Below, piece after piece: positions 1 to 9,148 of a stretch of 54,484 bases of DNA (position 1 is its first letter; the number at the start of each line of letters is the position of its first letter). A program made the translations under genes and the position numbers. The notes below the pieces were generated by a model. The model did no database searches, was not told the origin of the DNA, and saw only the letters and a program-made list of their open reading frames with translations. Origin of the DNA: Clostridiales bacterium. GTDB lineage: Bacteria; Bacillota; Clostridia; Lachnospirales; Lachnospiraceae. The DNA lies in the NCBI GenBank assembly GCA_021203005.1, contig JAJQCB010000158.1, positions 1 through 54,484 of the forward strand. The letters run 5' to 3'.

Positions 1-35
1 CATTCGAGCCTTTTTTCAAACTCGTTTTTTTTCAT
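1..35 (-). CDS. Probable 5' end of a gene running off the window edge (MKKNEFEKRLE...)
   Basis: ATG at 35 on the minus strand with an AGAGGT Shine-Dalgarno-like sequence upstream; frame is open to position 1. Too short to identify. Confidence 0.4.
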   Translation of the reverse strand, partial: MKKNEFEKRLE

Positions 36-148
36 AGATTACTTGACACTACCTCTTTTTTCTGGCATTGCTGAAATCACTCCCGCCCAGCCTTTCCGGG
101 CGGAGAGATCCCGCAAATGCAAGGACTCACAGCTTAAAAAAGTATAAC

Positions 149-1252
149 CTACTCTGTGATCATCTCATATCCATAATGTTCAAAATAAAATCCCAGCCTG
201 CTGTTGATCTTGTCCCGCAGCGCAGGATCCAGGGAAAACGTATTCTTCTGATAATCCTTCTGACTCTCCAGATATTTTTCAAAGTATGGCTTTGCCTCCT
301 CGTACCCGCTGAGACCGAGATGATCATAGATTCGCTCCACATACCCTTCGGGATCACGGCAGAAATCCTCGTATTTGATATCAATACGATCTTTCTCCGG
401 TATCTCATCCAGTTCCACAAACGCTTTCTTATAAATGCGTTCAAAAAGTTCAATGGAAAGATCCTCAATCACTTCCCGGGGAGCCGGTTCGTTCAGGGAG
501 AGAAGTTCCATTTCCTTGGTAAACATATTGATGGTGGACATGATCACTTTATATGGATTGCGGTAGATATTAATAAATTTCGCGCCCGGATAACATCGTT
601 TCAGTTCTCCGATGCGGCAGGTATTTTCCGGGCTTTTTAAGAGAAGCGGCTTTCCGTGATACAGCCAGGTCACCTTACGCAAAATGTAATCATAGGCTTT
701 GCGCCACTCCCGCTGTTTCTCCTCACCCTGCTCATCAATAAATGCTGTTTCCATATACTTCGCACCGTTTCCTCCGTCCGGGAAAACCAGCATATGGCTG
801 ATTGCCTGCGTGGAAATCGTCGCCTGGGCAAATACCTCCTCCATGGGCAGATCCAGCTCGTACTCCAGATTATCCATGGGTCGTGCTCCCTTCAGCAATC
901 GCTTCTGTATCTTCGCCAGCATATGCTTGAGCAGGATACAATTGCTGAATGTGACGGTTTTAACCGGATCAAACCACCCAAACTGCGGATCCCGCGTCAG
1001 TAGATTCTGCAGAAATGTCGTACCGGAGCGCCAATAGCCTACAATGTAAACCGGTCCTTCTTTCACCCTTGTTCTTCGAATCGGAATATAAAAGATCAGC
1101 CATTCCAGCAAAGCCGGAAGCGCCAGGACAAAAGTCACTACTGTGATAAGCCGCGCCTGCTTTTTGTCCGTGATCGGATTAGATCGTTTTAAGCGGAGCC
1201 AGTTATCAAACCGGCAACCCAGTAAATTGTGTGATAGATTAATCTTTGCCAT
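149..1252 (-). CDS. PAPS-dependent sulfotransferase family protein with an N-terminal membrane segment
   Basis: 5'-PSB motif YIVGYWRSGTTFLQNLL, LLKSP, 3'-PB-like IYRNPYKVIMS and the YEDF motif; hydrophobic stretch at about aa 35-57. Confidence 0.85.
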   Translation of the reverse strand: MAKINLSHNLLGCRFDNWLRLKRSNPITDKKQARLITVVTFVLALPALLEWLIFYIPIRRTRVKEGPVYIVGYWRSGTTFLQNLLTRDPQFGWFDPVKTVTFSNCILLKHMLAKIQKRLLKGARPMDNLEYELDLPMEEVFAQATISTQAISHMLVFPDGGNGAKYMETAFIDEQGEEKQREWRKAYDYILRKVTWLYHGKPLLLKSPENTCRIGELKRCYPGAKFINIYRNPYKVIMSTINMFTKEMELLSLNEPAPREVIEDLSIELFERIYKKAFVELDEIPEKDRIDIKYEDFCRDPEGYVERIYDHLGLSGYEEAKPYFEKYLESQKDYQKNTFSLDPALRDKINSRLGFYFEHYGYEMITE

Positions 1253-1375
1253 AGTTACATGTCCATTCTCTTAGGTATTGCTGCGATCCGGCAGATCTGT
1301 CAACCCGCACAGCTCATATCTTATCCAGTCAGCGCAATCGCCATAAACTCCGGCAGAAAACCGCTGCCATGTCAC

Positions 1376-2677
1376 TCATGTCGGAAACAGGATCACCAGT
1401 ACCTCGGAGTCCGTGTTCTGCAGATATTGTGCTGTCTGAAGGCCGTCACAGTAATCAAACACCTTTCCATCCTCCAGGAAATACTGCTGTGCCTGCTCGC
1501 AAAGTTCCGTATTTGCAAAGCGGATACGCACAACCGCTTCCCCGCTCTCATACCCTTCCCGGATCAGGCTTCCGATCCGGTCAGCATCCCAGGTCTCCAC
1601 ATACAGTCCCTCGTGGATATAATAGTTGTCCGCCGTAGCAGTACACTCCGGCAGAGGAATCTCCGAATCCGGCGTATGAGTGGTCAGAAGCGTATCCGTC
1701 GTTACCCCAAAATAATCATAATTCAGGTATTGATAATCAGATCCAACTACTTCCCCTGCCTCGGAATTTCCCTCATTTTCCGCCAGATAGATGTAATTGG
1801 CATTGCCCCATGTCGTATCAATGTAATAGTATTCTCCATCCAGGAAAACCAGATTCCATGCGTGGCTCTCCCCATTTGCAACGCCTGTCACAGTCGTACA
1901 GGAAATATCCAGCAGCTCCAGAAGATACTGGGTCGCATAAGCGTAGCCCTGACAGATCGTCTCATGATTTACAAACGCACTGATGATATTCTGGTTGTTC
2001 TCTGCGTCGACGACATAGTCGACCTCGCGGATCAGCGTCTCATACACATAGAGTGCCTTATCATAATCGCTGCCATCCGCCGGCGCATCCGCCAGCATCC
2101 GTGCCGCCTCCGCGTCAATCTGCTCCTGCAGAGCAGTCTGCTCTTCCACCGTGACAGTATAGGAGGGAGTGATGGAAATGGACACAATCTCATCATTTTT
2201 GCTGTTCGTGACATAAGCCAGCTGATCTACCCAGAAAAAATTGCAGTAATCATAGCGGACAGCCTGGTAAGCGAGACCGATTACCTCCACATCTGTAGTG
2301 GAGACCTGCATCTCTTCCTCCCGGTTCATAAACGCATAGACAATCTCATCATAAACAGCCTGCGCCTCGTCATCCAGAGTCTGATAGGCATACCTCTCAT
2401 CCGAAATCTTCTCAACCTCCGGCTCATCTTCAGATGAGGCTTCTGATGAGGCTTCAGATGAAGCTTCTGATAAAAAATCATCAGACAAAAACTCTGAAAC
2501 CGAACCGGCAATCTTCTCTTGCAGATCACACCCGGCAAGAGCCGGCAAAGCAAAAAGCAAGACCGCTGCCAAAAGGATGACCATTCTTATTTTTCTATAT
2601 CGAAACAAACTATGAAATCTCCCAAAATACGTCTTATTATTGCTTTTCCCAGAAAATACTTTTATACTTATCATCAT
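1376..2677 (-). CDS. Transglutaminase-like domain lipoprotein (start may be 2584)
   Basis: Cys-His-Asp motifs ICQGYA / SHAWNLV / YIDTTW; lipobox LAGC after a hydrophobic run; SEAS x3 linker. Confidence 0.85.
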   Translation of the reverse strand: MMISIKVFSGKSNNKTYFGRFHSLFRYRKIRMVILLAAVLLFALPALAGCDLQEKIAGSVSEFLSDDFLSEASSEASSEASSEDEPEVEKISDERYAYQTLDDEAQAVYDEIVYAFMNREEEMQVSTTDVEVIGLAYQAVRYDYCNFFWVDQLAYVTNSKNDEIVSISITPSYTVTVEEQTALQEQIDAEAARMLADAPADGSDYDKALYVYETLIREVDYVVDAENNQNIISAFVNHETICQGYAYATQYLLELLDISCTTVTGVANGESHAWNLVFLDGEYYYIDTTWGNANYIYLAENEGNSEAGEVVGSDYQYLNYDYFGVTTDTLLTTHTPDSEIPLPECTATADNYYIHEGLYVETWDADRIGSLIREGYESGEAVVRIRFANTELCEQAQQYFLEDGKVFDYCDGLQTAQYLQNTDSEVLVILFPT

Positions 2678-2777
2678 AAGAAATCCGATACTTTAATAAC
2701 AGGGTCTTCCTATGATATAAAATATACTTTGAGGTCAATGATAACACAAATCAATTCTTTTGTGAACAGGAGTTTTT

Positions 2778-3281
2778 ATGATAGCATTGCAAATTACAGA
2801 GATCGGCTCTCTGATGAACCAGATGTTAAAAGGAAACATGTTTGATTCTTTTCTATTAAAAGAGGCTTCTGTATCGCAGGCTTTCGAAACCACGATTGAC
2901 GGAGCAGTGCGATCCTCTTTTTATTCTGAAGAAGAATCCGAACAACTCGGTCTGTCCGGGCTGAAATACATCCCTTTTTCTCATGTACGCCCACTCTGTC
3001 TGAATCTTCTGAAAGGCAGCCGTATGCCCGACGCTTTCCGTTTTGTCTTTCTTCTCTCCCCGCAAAACCAGGCGAACACCATCAACCGGGCGGGATGCGG
3101 GTTCCGCCCGGAGGATATCACAGGTCTGTTTTTTAACCTGATTTACAAGAACAACTCCCTTGTATGCACCACCGGCATCTCCTACCGGTTTTTTTCCATG
3201 GATAAATCCCTGGAGGCGGAATGGGACCGGCTGGTCGCGGTCTTTTTCAGAAAACACGGCATCGCGGTAAGCGAATTATAA
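2778..3281 (+). CDS. Conserved Clostridia hypothetical protein (DUF5721-like)
   Basis: AGGAG RBS; N-terminus MIALQI..MNQML...FDSFLLKEA and C-terminal TTGISY..FSMDKSLE.EWD resemble this family (from memory). Confidence 0.7.
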   Translation: MIALQITEIGSLMNQMLKGNMFDSFLLKEASVSQAFETTIDGAVRSSFYSEEESEQLGLSGLKYIPFSHVRPLCLNLLKGSRMPDAFRFVFLLSPQNQANTINRAGCGFRPEDITGLFFNLIYKNNSLVCTTGISYRFFSMDKSLEAEWDRLVAVFFRKHGIAVSEL

Positions 3282-3354
3282 AAAAGAATATAAATGTACC
3301 GAAAGTCAGCCGCCGGCTTTGCAATGAATGCCTGTCAGCAAAAAGTCTTTTTTC

Positions 3355-4764
3355 TTATTTTCCGAGGCAGATCTCAGAAAGGATCTGCTGATATGCCTGC
3401 CGGAAAGGGATTTTTTTCTCCCTGGAAATCTCCGCCACGCTCTCATACTCGGGAGTATATTGCGTCTGCCCGCTATACGGATACTCCGTCACTTTCACGC
3501 AGACTTTCCCCAGAGAAGTCACCGCCATCCGGCTGCTGCGCGGCAGGACGCTCCGCTCCATCCACTGCCGCCGGATTCCGATAGTAGTGGTCTCGGTAAA
3601 TAGGATTTCTTCCAACAACTCCCGCTGCTCCGGTGCGCAGAGCACAGTGATCATGTAACCCGGACGGTTTTTCTTCATAAAGACCGGCGTATAATGCACA
3701 TCTCTGGCTCCCGCCTGAAACAACCGTTCCATGGCATAGCCGATAGCTTCCCCGCTGCAGTCATCAATATTACACTCCAGTTTCCAGATGCCCTCCTCAC
3801 TATTTTGATTTTCCCTGCTGCATTTTCCAGCTTCTCTGCTATCTCTGTTACCGTTTCCGACATCCCGATTGTCTCCTCCTGTAATTCTGTCACTTCTGCT
3901 ATATTCGCTGCTTCCTGTCATTCTTTCCATTTTTGCCTCAGTCGTATCGTCCTGCGGCGCGATCAGCATAGCCCGGAGGATACTGAGCCGCTCATAGCTC
4001 CGCTTTCCGCCGCCCAGTCCGATTCTCTCCACACGGTACGTTTCCGGCAGACGGGTTCCTGTACAGATCGCCGCCACAATGGCCGCTCCGGTCGGGGTAA
4101 CAAACTCGCCCTCCGTATCTGTCTGATGCAGCCGGATCTGATGCTCCGATACGATATTAAGCGTAGCCGGAACCGGAACCGGAATCACGCCGTGCTGGCA
4201 GCGGATATAACCGCATCCCTCATAAAGCACCGGCACAATGACATCCTCAACGCCCAGATCATCGAGGCAGACCGCGGCCGCGGCAATATCCACAATAGAA
4301 TCCACCGCACCAACTTCATGAAAATGCACCTCGTTGAGCGGCACACCGTGGGCTTTTGCCTCCGCCCGTGCAAGAATATCAAAAATGCGCACCGCAATTT
4401 TTTTCGCACGAGCTGTCATCTCCGATGACTGAATCACATGGATAATCTCCGGAAGTCCTCTGTGTGCATGCCCGTGCTTGTGACCGTGATCATGATCGTG
4501 GCTGTGATGCCCGATTCCGCTCCCATGCAGATACGCCATATCATGGTCATAGTTCTCATGCGCATCGTCCAGCTTCACCGCAAAATCACAGACATCCAGA
4601 CCGGACTTCTTCACCCGGCTGATTTCCACCGTATAACCATCCAGCCCCAGACTATCCATCGCCTGCATCAGCTTATCCTGGTCAGCTCCCAGATCCAGAA
4701 GCGCCGCCACCGTCATATCCCCGCTGATACCGGCATAGCATTCCAAATATAATTTCGATTTCAT
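3355..4764 (-). CDS. larC: Nickel pincer cofactor biosynthesis protein LarC
   Basis: GISGDM, His-rich tract, HFHEVGAVDSIVDI, PVPAT, TPTGAA, ECNIDD, MKKNRPG, ETTTIGIR, PEYE motifs. Confidence 0.95.
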   Translation of the reverse strand: MKSKLYLECYAGISGDMTVAALLDLGADQDKLMQAMDSLGLDGYTVEISRVKKSGLDVCDFAVKLDDAHENYDHDMAYLHGSGIGHHSHDHDHGHKHGHAHRGLPEIIHVIQSSEMTARAKKIAVRIFDILARAEAKAHGVPLNEVHFHEVGAVDSIVDIAAAAVCLDDLGVEDVIVPVLYEGCGYIRCQHGVIPVPVPATLNIVSEHQIRLHQTDTEGEFVTPTGAAIVAAICTGTRLPETYRVERIGLGGGKRSYERLSILRAMLIAPQDDTTEAKMERMTGSSEYSRSDRITGGDNRDVGNGNRDSREAGKCSRENQNSEEGIWKLECNIDDCSGEAIGYAMERLFQAGARDVHYTPVFMKKNRPGYMITVLCAPEQRELLEEILFTETTTIGIRRQWMERSVLPRSSRMAVTSLGKVCVKVTEYPYSGQTQYTPEYESVAEISREKKIPFRQAYQQILSEICLGK

Positions 4765-4974
4765 ACGCGTTTTCTCCTATTAAAATTTATAATATGTTTA
4801 TGGGTTAGATTCCTTGCGCTCACATCTTAGCACAGTTTTTCCCTGGAATCCACAAAAAGTATCGCAAAACGCAGACACATTACCAATCGGTAATTGACAA
4901 TATCACCAAAAATATTTTTCAAATAAGCGAATGATTGTGAACACTTATTTTCATTTTCTGATATTATAATACAT

Positions 4975-5070
4975 GTAAACCCCCAATACATTATAATTTT
5001 TTGCTACCCCCATAGTAAAAAATACCTTCTCCTTAAAAAAGGACAGCAGATTCATCTGCTGTCCTTTTTC
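4975..5070 (+). ncRNA. Candidate ~95-nt small RNA with C-rich single-stranded motifs
   Basis: TATAAT at 4965-4970; CCCCC at the 5' end; 11-bp stem 4996-5006/5013-5023 with a CCCCCA loop; CCTTCTCC at 5025-5032; ends in a strong terminator; no ORF. Confidence 0.45.
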
Positions 5071-5073
5071 TTT
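5035..5073. terminator. Bidirectional intrinsic terminator
   Basis: AAAAAGGACAGCAGAT-TC-ATCTGCTGTCCTTTTT perfect hairpin with A- and T-tracts on either side; lies downstream of the subtilase gene. Confidence 0.85.
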
Positions 5074-5095
5074 ATATGCGCAGGGGTGCGTAAGG
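5071..5095 (+). repeat. Dispersed repeat copy 1 (TTTATATGCGCAGGGGTGCGTAAGG)
   Basis: Reverse complement matches 50146-50170 at 24/25; 5077-5095 matches 6884-6902 at 18/19. Confidence 0.75.
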
Positions 5096-5118
5096 CTGAT
5101 GAATATCTGACCCGGGTA

Positions 5119-6810
5119 TCATCGCACCCGCAGCATTCCCAACGCATCATATACATCCAGCAAACCGTATCCGTACGCCCGGCCGGGGTAGGTTCTCTCC
5201 TCACTCCGCGCCGCGCCGCGGATCAGAATATTCGACAGATTCATCGAATTCAGGTATGTCAATCCCTGCTGCAAAATCCCCCACTGAAAAATCTGTGCAC
5301 AGCCTCCCGCCGTGACAGCGGCGCTGACACTGGTTCCGCTGCGCCTGGTATATCCGGTCCGCAGATCCGGTCCGTATACATTGACCCCCGGTGCAAGGAT
5401 ATCCGGTTTGATCACCCCGGACACGCTGAATCCGCGGCCGGAATCCGGATCGATTCCCCCGCTGGCAGTCCGATATGCGCCCGCACAAACCGCCGCGGCA
5501 GACATCCCCGGAGAAAGAATTGTCGTATCCGGGTCTGGCTGAAGAAAATAGACATCCCCCTTAAGCATTCCCGTCAGCGGCAGCCAGCAATGAATGCTTC
5601 CCTCAATCGCCAGTAGCGGTGTCAGTTCAACAGTCCAGATTCCGGGATATGGTGCAAGAAAACGCAGATAAATCAGCTGGCTCCCCAGGCCGGATCCCGT
5701 CACAACATAATCCACGGTTACTGTTGTTTTTTCAAAGAGGAACTCATGGGTATCCCTCCCGATAATTCCGCCGCTCCCCGCAAAGCGCTCTCCCGTCGGA
5801 GAGAGCACGGCTGCCCGGTAAACCTCCGGCACCGCCGCCCAGCACTCCATATAAAATCCCGGCACGCCGCTTCCCACGGAAATTTCAACCACCTCCGTGC
5901 GGCGCTCTGTCATACCGGATTTGAAATAATGATGCCTCGCGTTCGCCTCGTTTCCCGCTGAAATCACCACGCCCCTCTGCCGCAGCCGTCCGATCTCGTC
6001 ACACAGGACAGAAACCGCATCCTCCCCCGCATGATTTCCCATGGCGCTCCCCATCCCCACACAGAGAATCAAAGGTCTTTGCAGCCGTTCCGCCATGCGA
6101 ACCAGCCAGGAGATGGCGAGCATCAGGTCATTTTCCTGATAACAGGGCACCTCCTCCGGCACAAAATAATAGTCGCGCAGGTAGGATTTCGCCTCCTTGC
6201 ACTTCACCATCAGGATCTCACACCCCGGTGCGGCGCCGGTGAAATCCATAGCCTCGTTCGCGCTCCCGCAGGCGACTCCGGCCAGAAAAGTGCCGTGTCC
6301 GTTGAAATCCTCGGTCGGCACGACATCCAGCGGATTCTCCGCCCTCAGCGCTGTATTGATCTCTTCCTTTCCATAATATGCACCGTAGGAAAATCCTTCC
6401 GGCGGTGTCCCCGCCTCATCGGTCTGATCCCAGATCGCAGCGATTCTCGTCGTCCCATCGGCATTGCAAAAAGCCGGATGCGTATAATGAATACCCGTAT
6501 CCGCAAATCCGACCAGAACGCCGTCTCCCCGCAGGTCCAGCCCGGCAGGATTTTGCAGGCGTAAAATCCCGCTGCTCTCCAGTGCTGTCTGATCTGTAAG
6601 CGCATAACATTTCGGTATGATTGCGTAGGGATAGTTCTCCGGATTCAGTTCCGGTGTGTCAACCCGCTCGAAATATACAATATCAAAGCGGTCGCTGACC
6701 TTTTGCGCGCAAACTACGTCATCTCCGGCGTAGCCATTGCTGTAATCAATGATAAAATCATAGTAATCTTCCGAATAAATTGCCGTCCTGCATAATTCCG
6801 GGCCGTCCAT
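5119..6810 (-). CDS. S8 subtilase, CspA/CspB/CspC-type spore germination protease
   Basis: Triad motifs FADTGI (Asp), NGHGTFLAG (His), SGTSVSAA (Ser); AGNEA oxyanion motif; KPDILAPG; YGYGLLD. Start at 6810 has a GGAG RBS (ORF open to 6825). Confidence 0.9.
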   Translation of the reverse strand: MDGPELCRTAIYSEDYYDFIIDYSNGYAGDDVVCAQKVSDRFDIVYFERVDTPELNPENYPYAIIPKCYALTDQTALESSGILRLQNPAGLDLRGDGVLVGFADTGIHYTHPAFCNADGTTRIAAIWDQTDEAGTPPEGFSYGAYYGKEEINTALRAENPLDVVPTEDFNGHGTFLAGVACGSANEAMDFTGAAPGCEILMVKCKEAKSYLRDYYFVPEEVPCYQENDLMLAISWLVRMAERLQRPLILCVGMGSAMGNHAGEDAVSVLCDEIGRLRQRGVVISAGNEANARHHYFKSGMTERRTEVVEISVGSGVPGFYMECWAAVPEVYRAAVLSPTGERFAGSGGIIGRDTHEFLFEKTTVTVDYVVTGSGLGSQLIYLRFLAPYPGIWTVELTPLLAIEGSIHCWLPLTGMLKGDVYFLQPDPDTTILSPGMSAAAVCAGAYRTASGGIDPDSGRGFSVSGVIKPDILAPGVNVYGPDLRTGYTRRSGTSVSAAVTAGGCAQIFQWGILQQGLTYLNSMNLSNILIRGAARSEERTYPGRAYGYGLLDVYDALGMLRVR

Positions 6811-6883
6811 CCTGGCGCTCCGCATGTTTCTTTTTTCATAGTATATATATGAGTAAAAATATGGGATGATGATTTTTTATGTC

Positions 6884-6902
6884 CCTTACGCACCCCTGCA
6901 CA
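6884..6902 (-). repeat. Dispersed repeat copy 2, inverted relative to copy 1
   Basis: CCTTACGCACCCCTGCACA, followed by the hairpin GACAGACAG-TTTTCG-CTGCCTGTC. Confidence 0.7.
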
Positions 6903-6961
6903 ATGCAAAGACAGACAGTTTTCGCTGCCTGTCACTCATCACATTTTTCCTTTTTTCTCCC

Positions 6962-9148
6962 TCATCCGTCGATCGCTTCCAGATACATCTCCACCGGCAC
7001 GTAATCTCCCCACGCTTTCGGAATCAGGATGCCGCCGTTCATCAGCGCATTGCCGGAATAGATGATGCCATCCTCCCGGAGGCGGTATTTTTTCTCCGGG
7101 TCCAGCCCGCGCAGGTAAATCGGATAGCGGAGCATGTTCGGCTCCGTCCGGAAGATCATGCCCTGGACAAGCACTTTTTTTGCATCGGAGGAAACATACT
7201 CCCAGACCGCGTACTGATCCTCGAAGGGATTGCTCAGCCGGTAATACTTTCCGTTGTGAATCAGCGGTCCGTATTCCTTAAACAGCCCGATCTGCATTTT
7301 CACTTCCGCCTTCTCCTCCGGCAGCAGCTTATTCAGATCCAGCTCATATCCAAAGGTGCCGGCCATGGCGGTGACCCCTCTGGCCTTGATGGAAGTGGTC
7401 CGCCCTGTCTGGTGGTTCGGCACCGCGGAGACATGGGAACCCATGGTGGAAATCGGGTAAAAGAACGATGTCCCGTACTGAATCTGCGTCCGCTCAAAGG
7501 CGTCCGTGTCGTCGCTGCACCAGATCTGCGGACAATAATATAAAACTCCCGCGTCAAACCGGCCGCCTCCACCGCAGCATCCCTCGAAAAGCACGTCGGG
7601 AAACGCCTGCGTCAGCCGCTCCAGCAGATCATAGAGTCCGAGAACGAAACGATGCGGCATCTCTTTCTGCCGCCCGGAGGGCAAAAGCTCCGAATACCAG
7701 TCGCTGACACTCCGGTTAAAATCCCATTTCACATATCTGATATTGGCACAGTTCAAAATACGGCTCATCACATCAAAGAGATAATCCCGCACATCAGGAC
7801 GGCTCATATCTAGCACCAGCTGATACCGCCCGCGCACAGGTTTCCGCCCCGGAATGCGGACCACCCACTCCGGGTGAGCGCGGTAAAGATCGCTGTTTTC
7901 CGAGATCATCTCCGGTTCAAACCAGATACCGAAATCCATCCCCAGATCGTTCACCTTTGCCACCAGGCTTTCCAGGCCGCCGGGCAGCTTATCCCGGTTC
8001 ACATACCAGTCGCCAAGGCCGGCGTCATCGTTGTCCCGCTGCCCGAACCAGCCGTCATCCATGACCAGCATATCCACGCCCAGCTCCGCCGCTCCCCTGG
8101 CGATCTCCACCAGCTTTTCCTCGTTAAAATCAAAATAAGTCGCTTCCCAGTTATTGATGAGCACCGGCCGTTCAATCAGCTTATATTTGCCCCGGCACAC
8201 ATGCTCCCGGATCACCCGGTGAAACTGATGGGACAGCGTCTCAAATCCGGCAGCAGACAAGGAAAGAATCGCTTCCGGCGTGTAAAACCGTTCTCCCGGC
8301 TTCAGTTCCCAGCAGAACATGTGGGTGTTGATACCCATGACCAGACGCGTCTGGTTCAGCTGATCGTACTCAATCTGCGTCTGAAAACACCCGCTGTACA
8401 TAAGCACGGCTCCGATGCAGGTGCCGCTGGTCTCCGTACACCCCTCCTTGCAGAGAAGCACCGTCGGATTCTGGTGATGGCTGCTGATCCCCCGCTTGCT
8501 GGAACTCTGCTGTACCCCGTGAAGAAGCGGGCGCCGCTCCGGCGTCCGCTCTTTCAGATGACGCCCGTGGAAATGAATCCACTCCCACTTCCCATAGGGG
8601 ATATCCAGACAGAGGCTGTGCGCCTTGTTCACCATCACGGTCTGGGAACCGTCGTTCACGATAACCGCGCTTCTGGTAATCACATCAAAATCCGGCAAAA
8701 CACCGTACTTTAACACCACGCGGATGTCCGAGACCACATCCTTTAACGTGATCTCCAGTGTCTGCGCCTCGTACTCCTCGGCATAGACCGCCGGAAGTCC
8801 GGGAATCGCATACTTTCCGTCTTCGATGCGGTATCCCTCATATCTCAGATCCAGCGCAGAAGCACCGTTTTCATAGCGGACGCCCACGGCCGGGATACGA
8901 AAATCCCCGACGCCCTCCGTAGCGTACTCTAAGGGCATTGTATCCTGAGAATAAGCTCTGTCCCGGTCTGCATCATAAATATTTCCGGAAAATCCGACAT
9001 CCGGATAATCCAGGAGATACTCCATATCCTGGCCGGTCTTCACGCCGTACCAGAGATGCTTCAGCACACCGTACTGATCTGCTTTCATCTGATACAGTGT
9101 ATTTTTTGTCTCGAGATAAAATGTCTGTCCCTCAACTCTGACTGCCAA
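6962..9148 (-). CDS. Alpha-galactosidase, GH36
   Basis: NNWEATYF, DDGWFG, WFEPEM, catalytic YVKWDFNR and WCSDDTD, FEGCxGGGGRFD. TTG start with GGAGG RBS overlapping the clpX end. Confidence 0.95.
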   Translation of the reverse strand: MAVRVEGQTFYLETKNTLYQMKADQYGVLKHLWYGVKTGQDMEYLLDYPDVGFSGNIYDADRDRAYSQDTMPLEYATEGVGDFRIPAVGVRYENGASALDLRYEGYRIEDGKYAIPGLPAVYAEEYEAQTLEITLKDVVSDIRVVLKYGVLPDFDVITRSAVIVNDGSQTVMVNKAHSLCLDIPYGKWEWIHFHGRHLKERTPERRPLLHGVQQSSSKRGISSHHQNPTVLLCKEGCTETSGTCIGAVLMYSGCFQTQIEYDQLNQTRLVMGINTHMFCWELKPGERFYTPEAILSLSAAGFETLSHQFHRVIREHVCRGKYKLIERPVLINNWEATYFDFNEEKLVEIARGAAELGVDMLVMDDGWFGQRDNDDAGLGDWYVNRDKLPGGLESLVAKVNDLGMDFGIWFEPEMISENSDLYRAHPEWVVRIPGRKPVRGRYQLVLDMSRPDVRDYLFDVMSRILNCANIRYVKWDFNRSVSDWYSELLPSGRQKEMPHRFVLGLYDLLERLTQAFPDVLFEGCCGGGGRFDAGVLYYCPQIWCSDDTDAFERTQIQYGTSFFYPISTMGSHVSAVPNHQTGRTTSIKARGVTAMAGTFGYELDLNKLLPEEKAEVKMQIGLFKEYGPLIHNGKYYRLSNPFEDQYAVWEYVSSDAKKVLVQGMIFRTEPNMLRYPIYLRGLDPEKKYRLREDGIIYSGNALMNGGILIPKAWGDYVPVEMYLEAIDG

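Noticed and set aside
5096-5135. CTGATGA suggesting a hammerhead ribozyme core
   Set aside because: No GAAA strand or stem III/cleavage triplet in the required arrangement.
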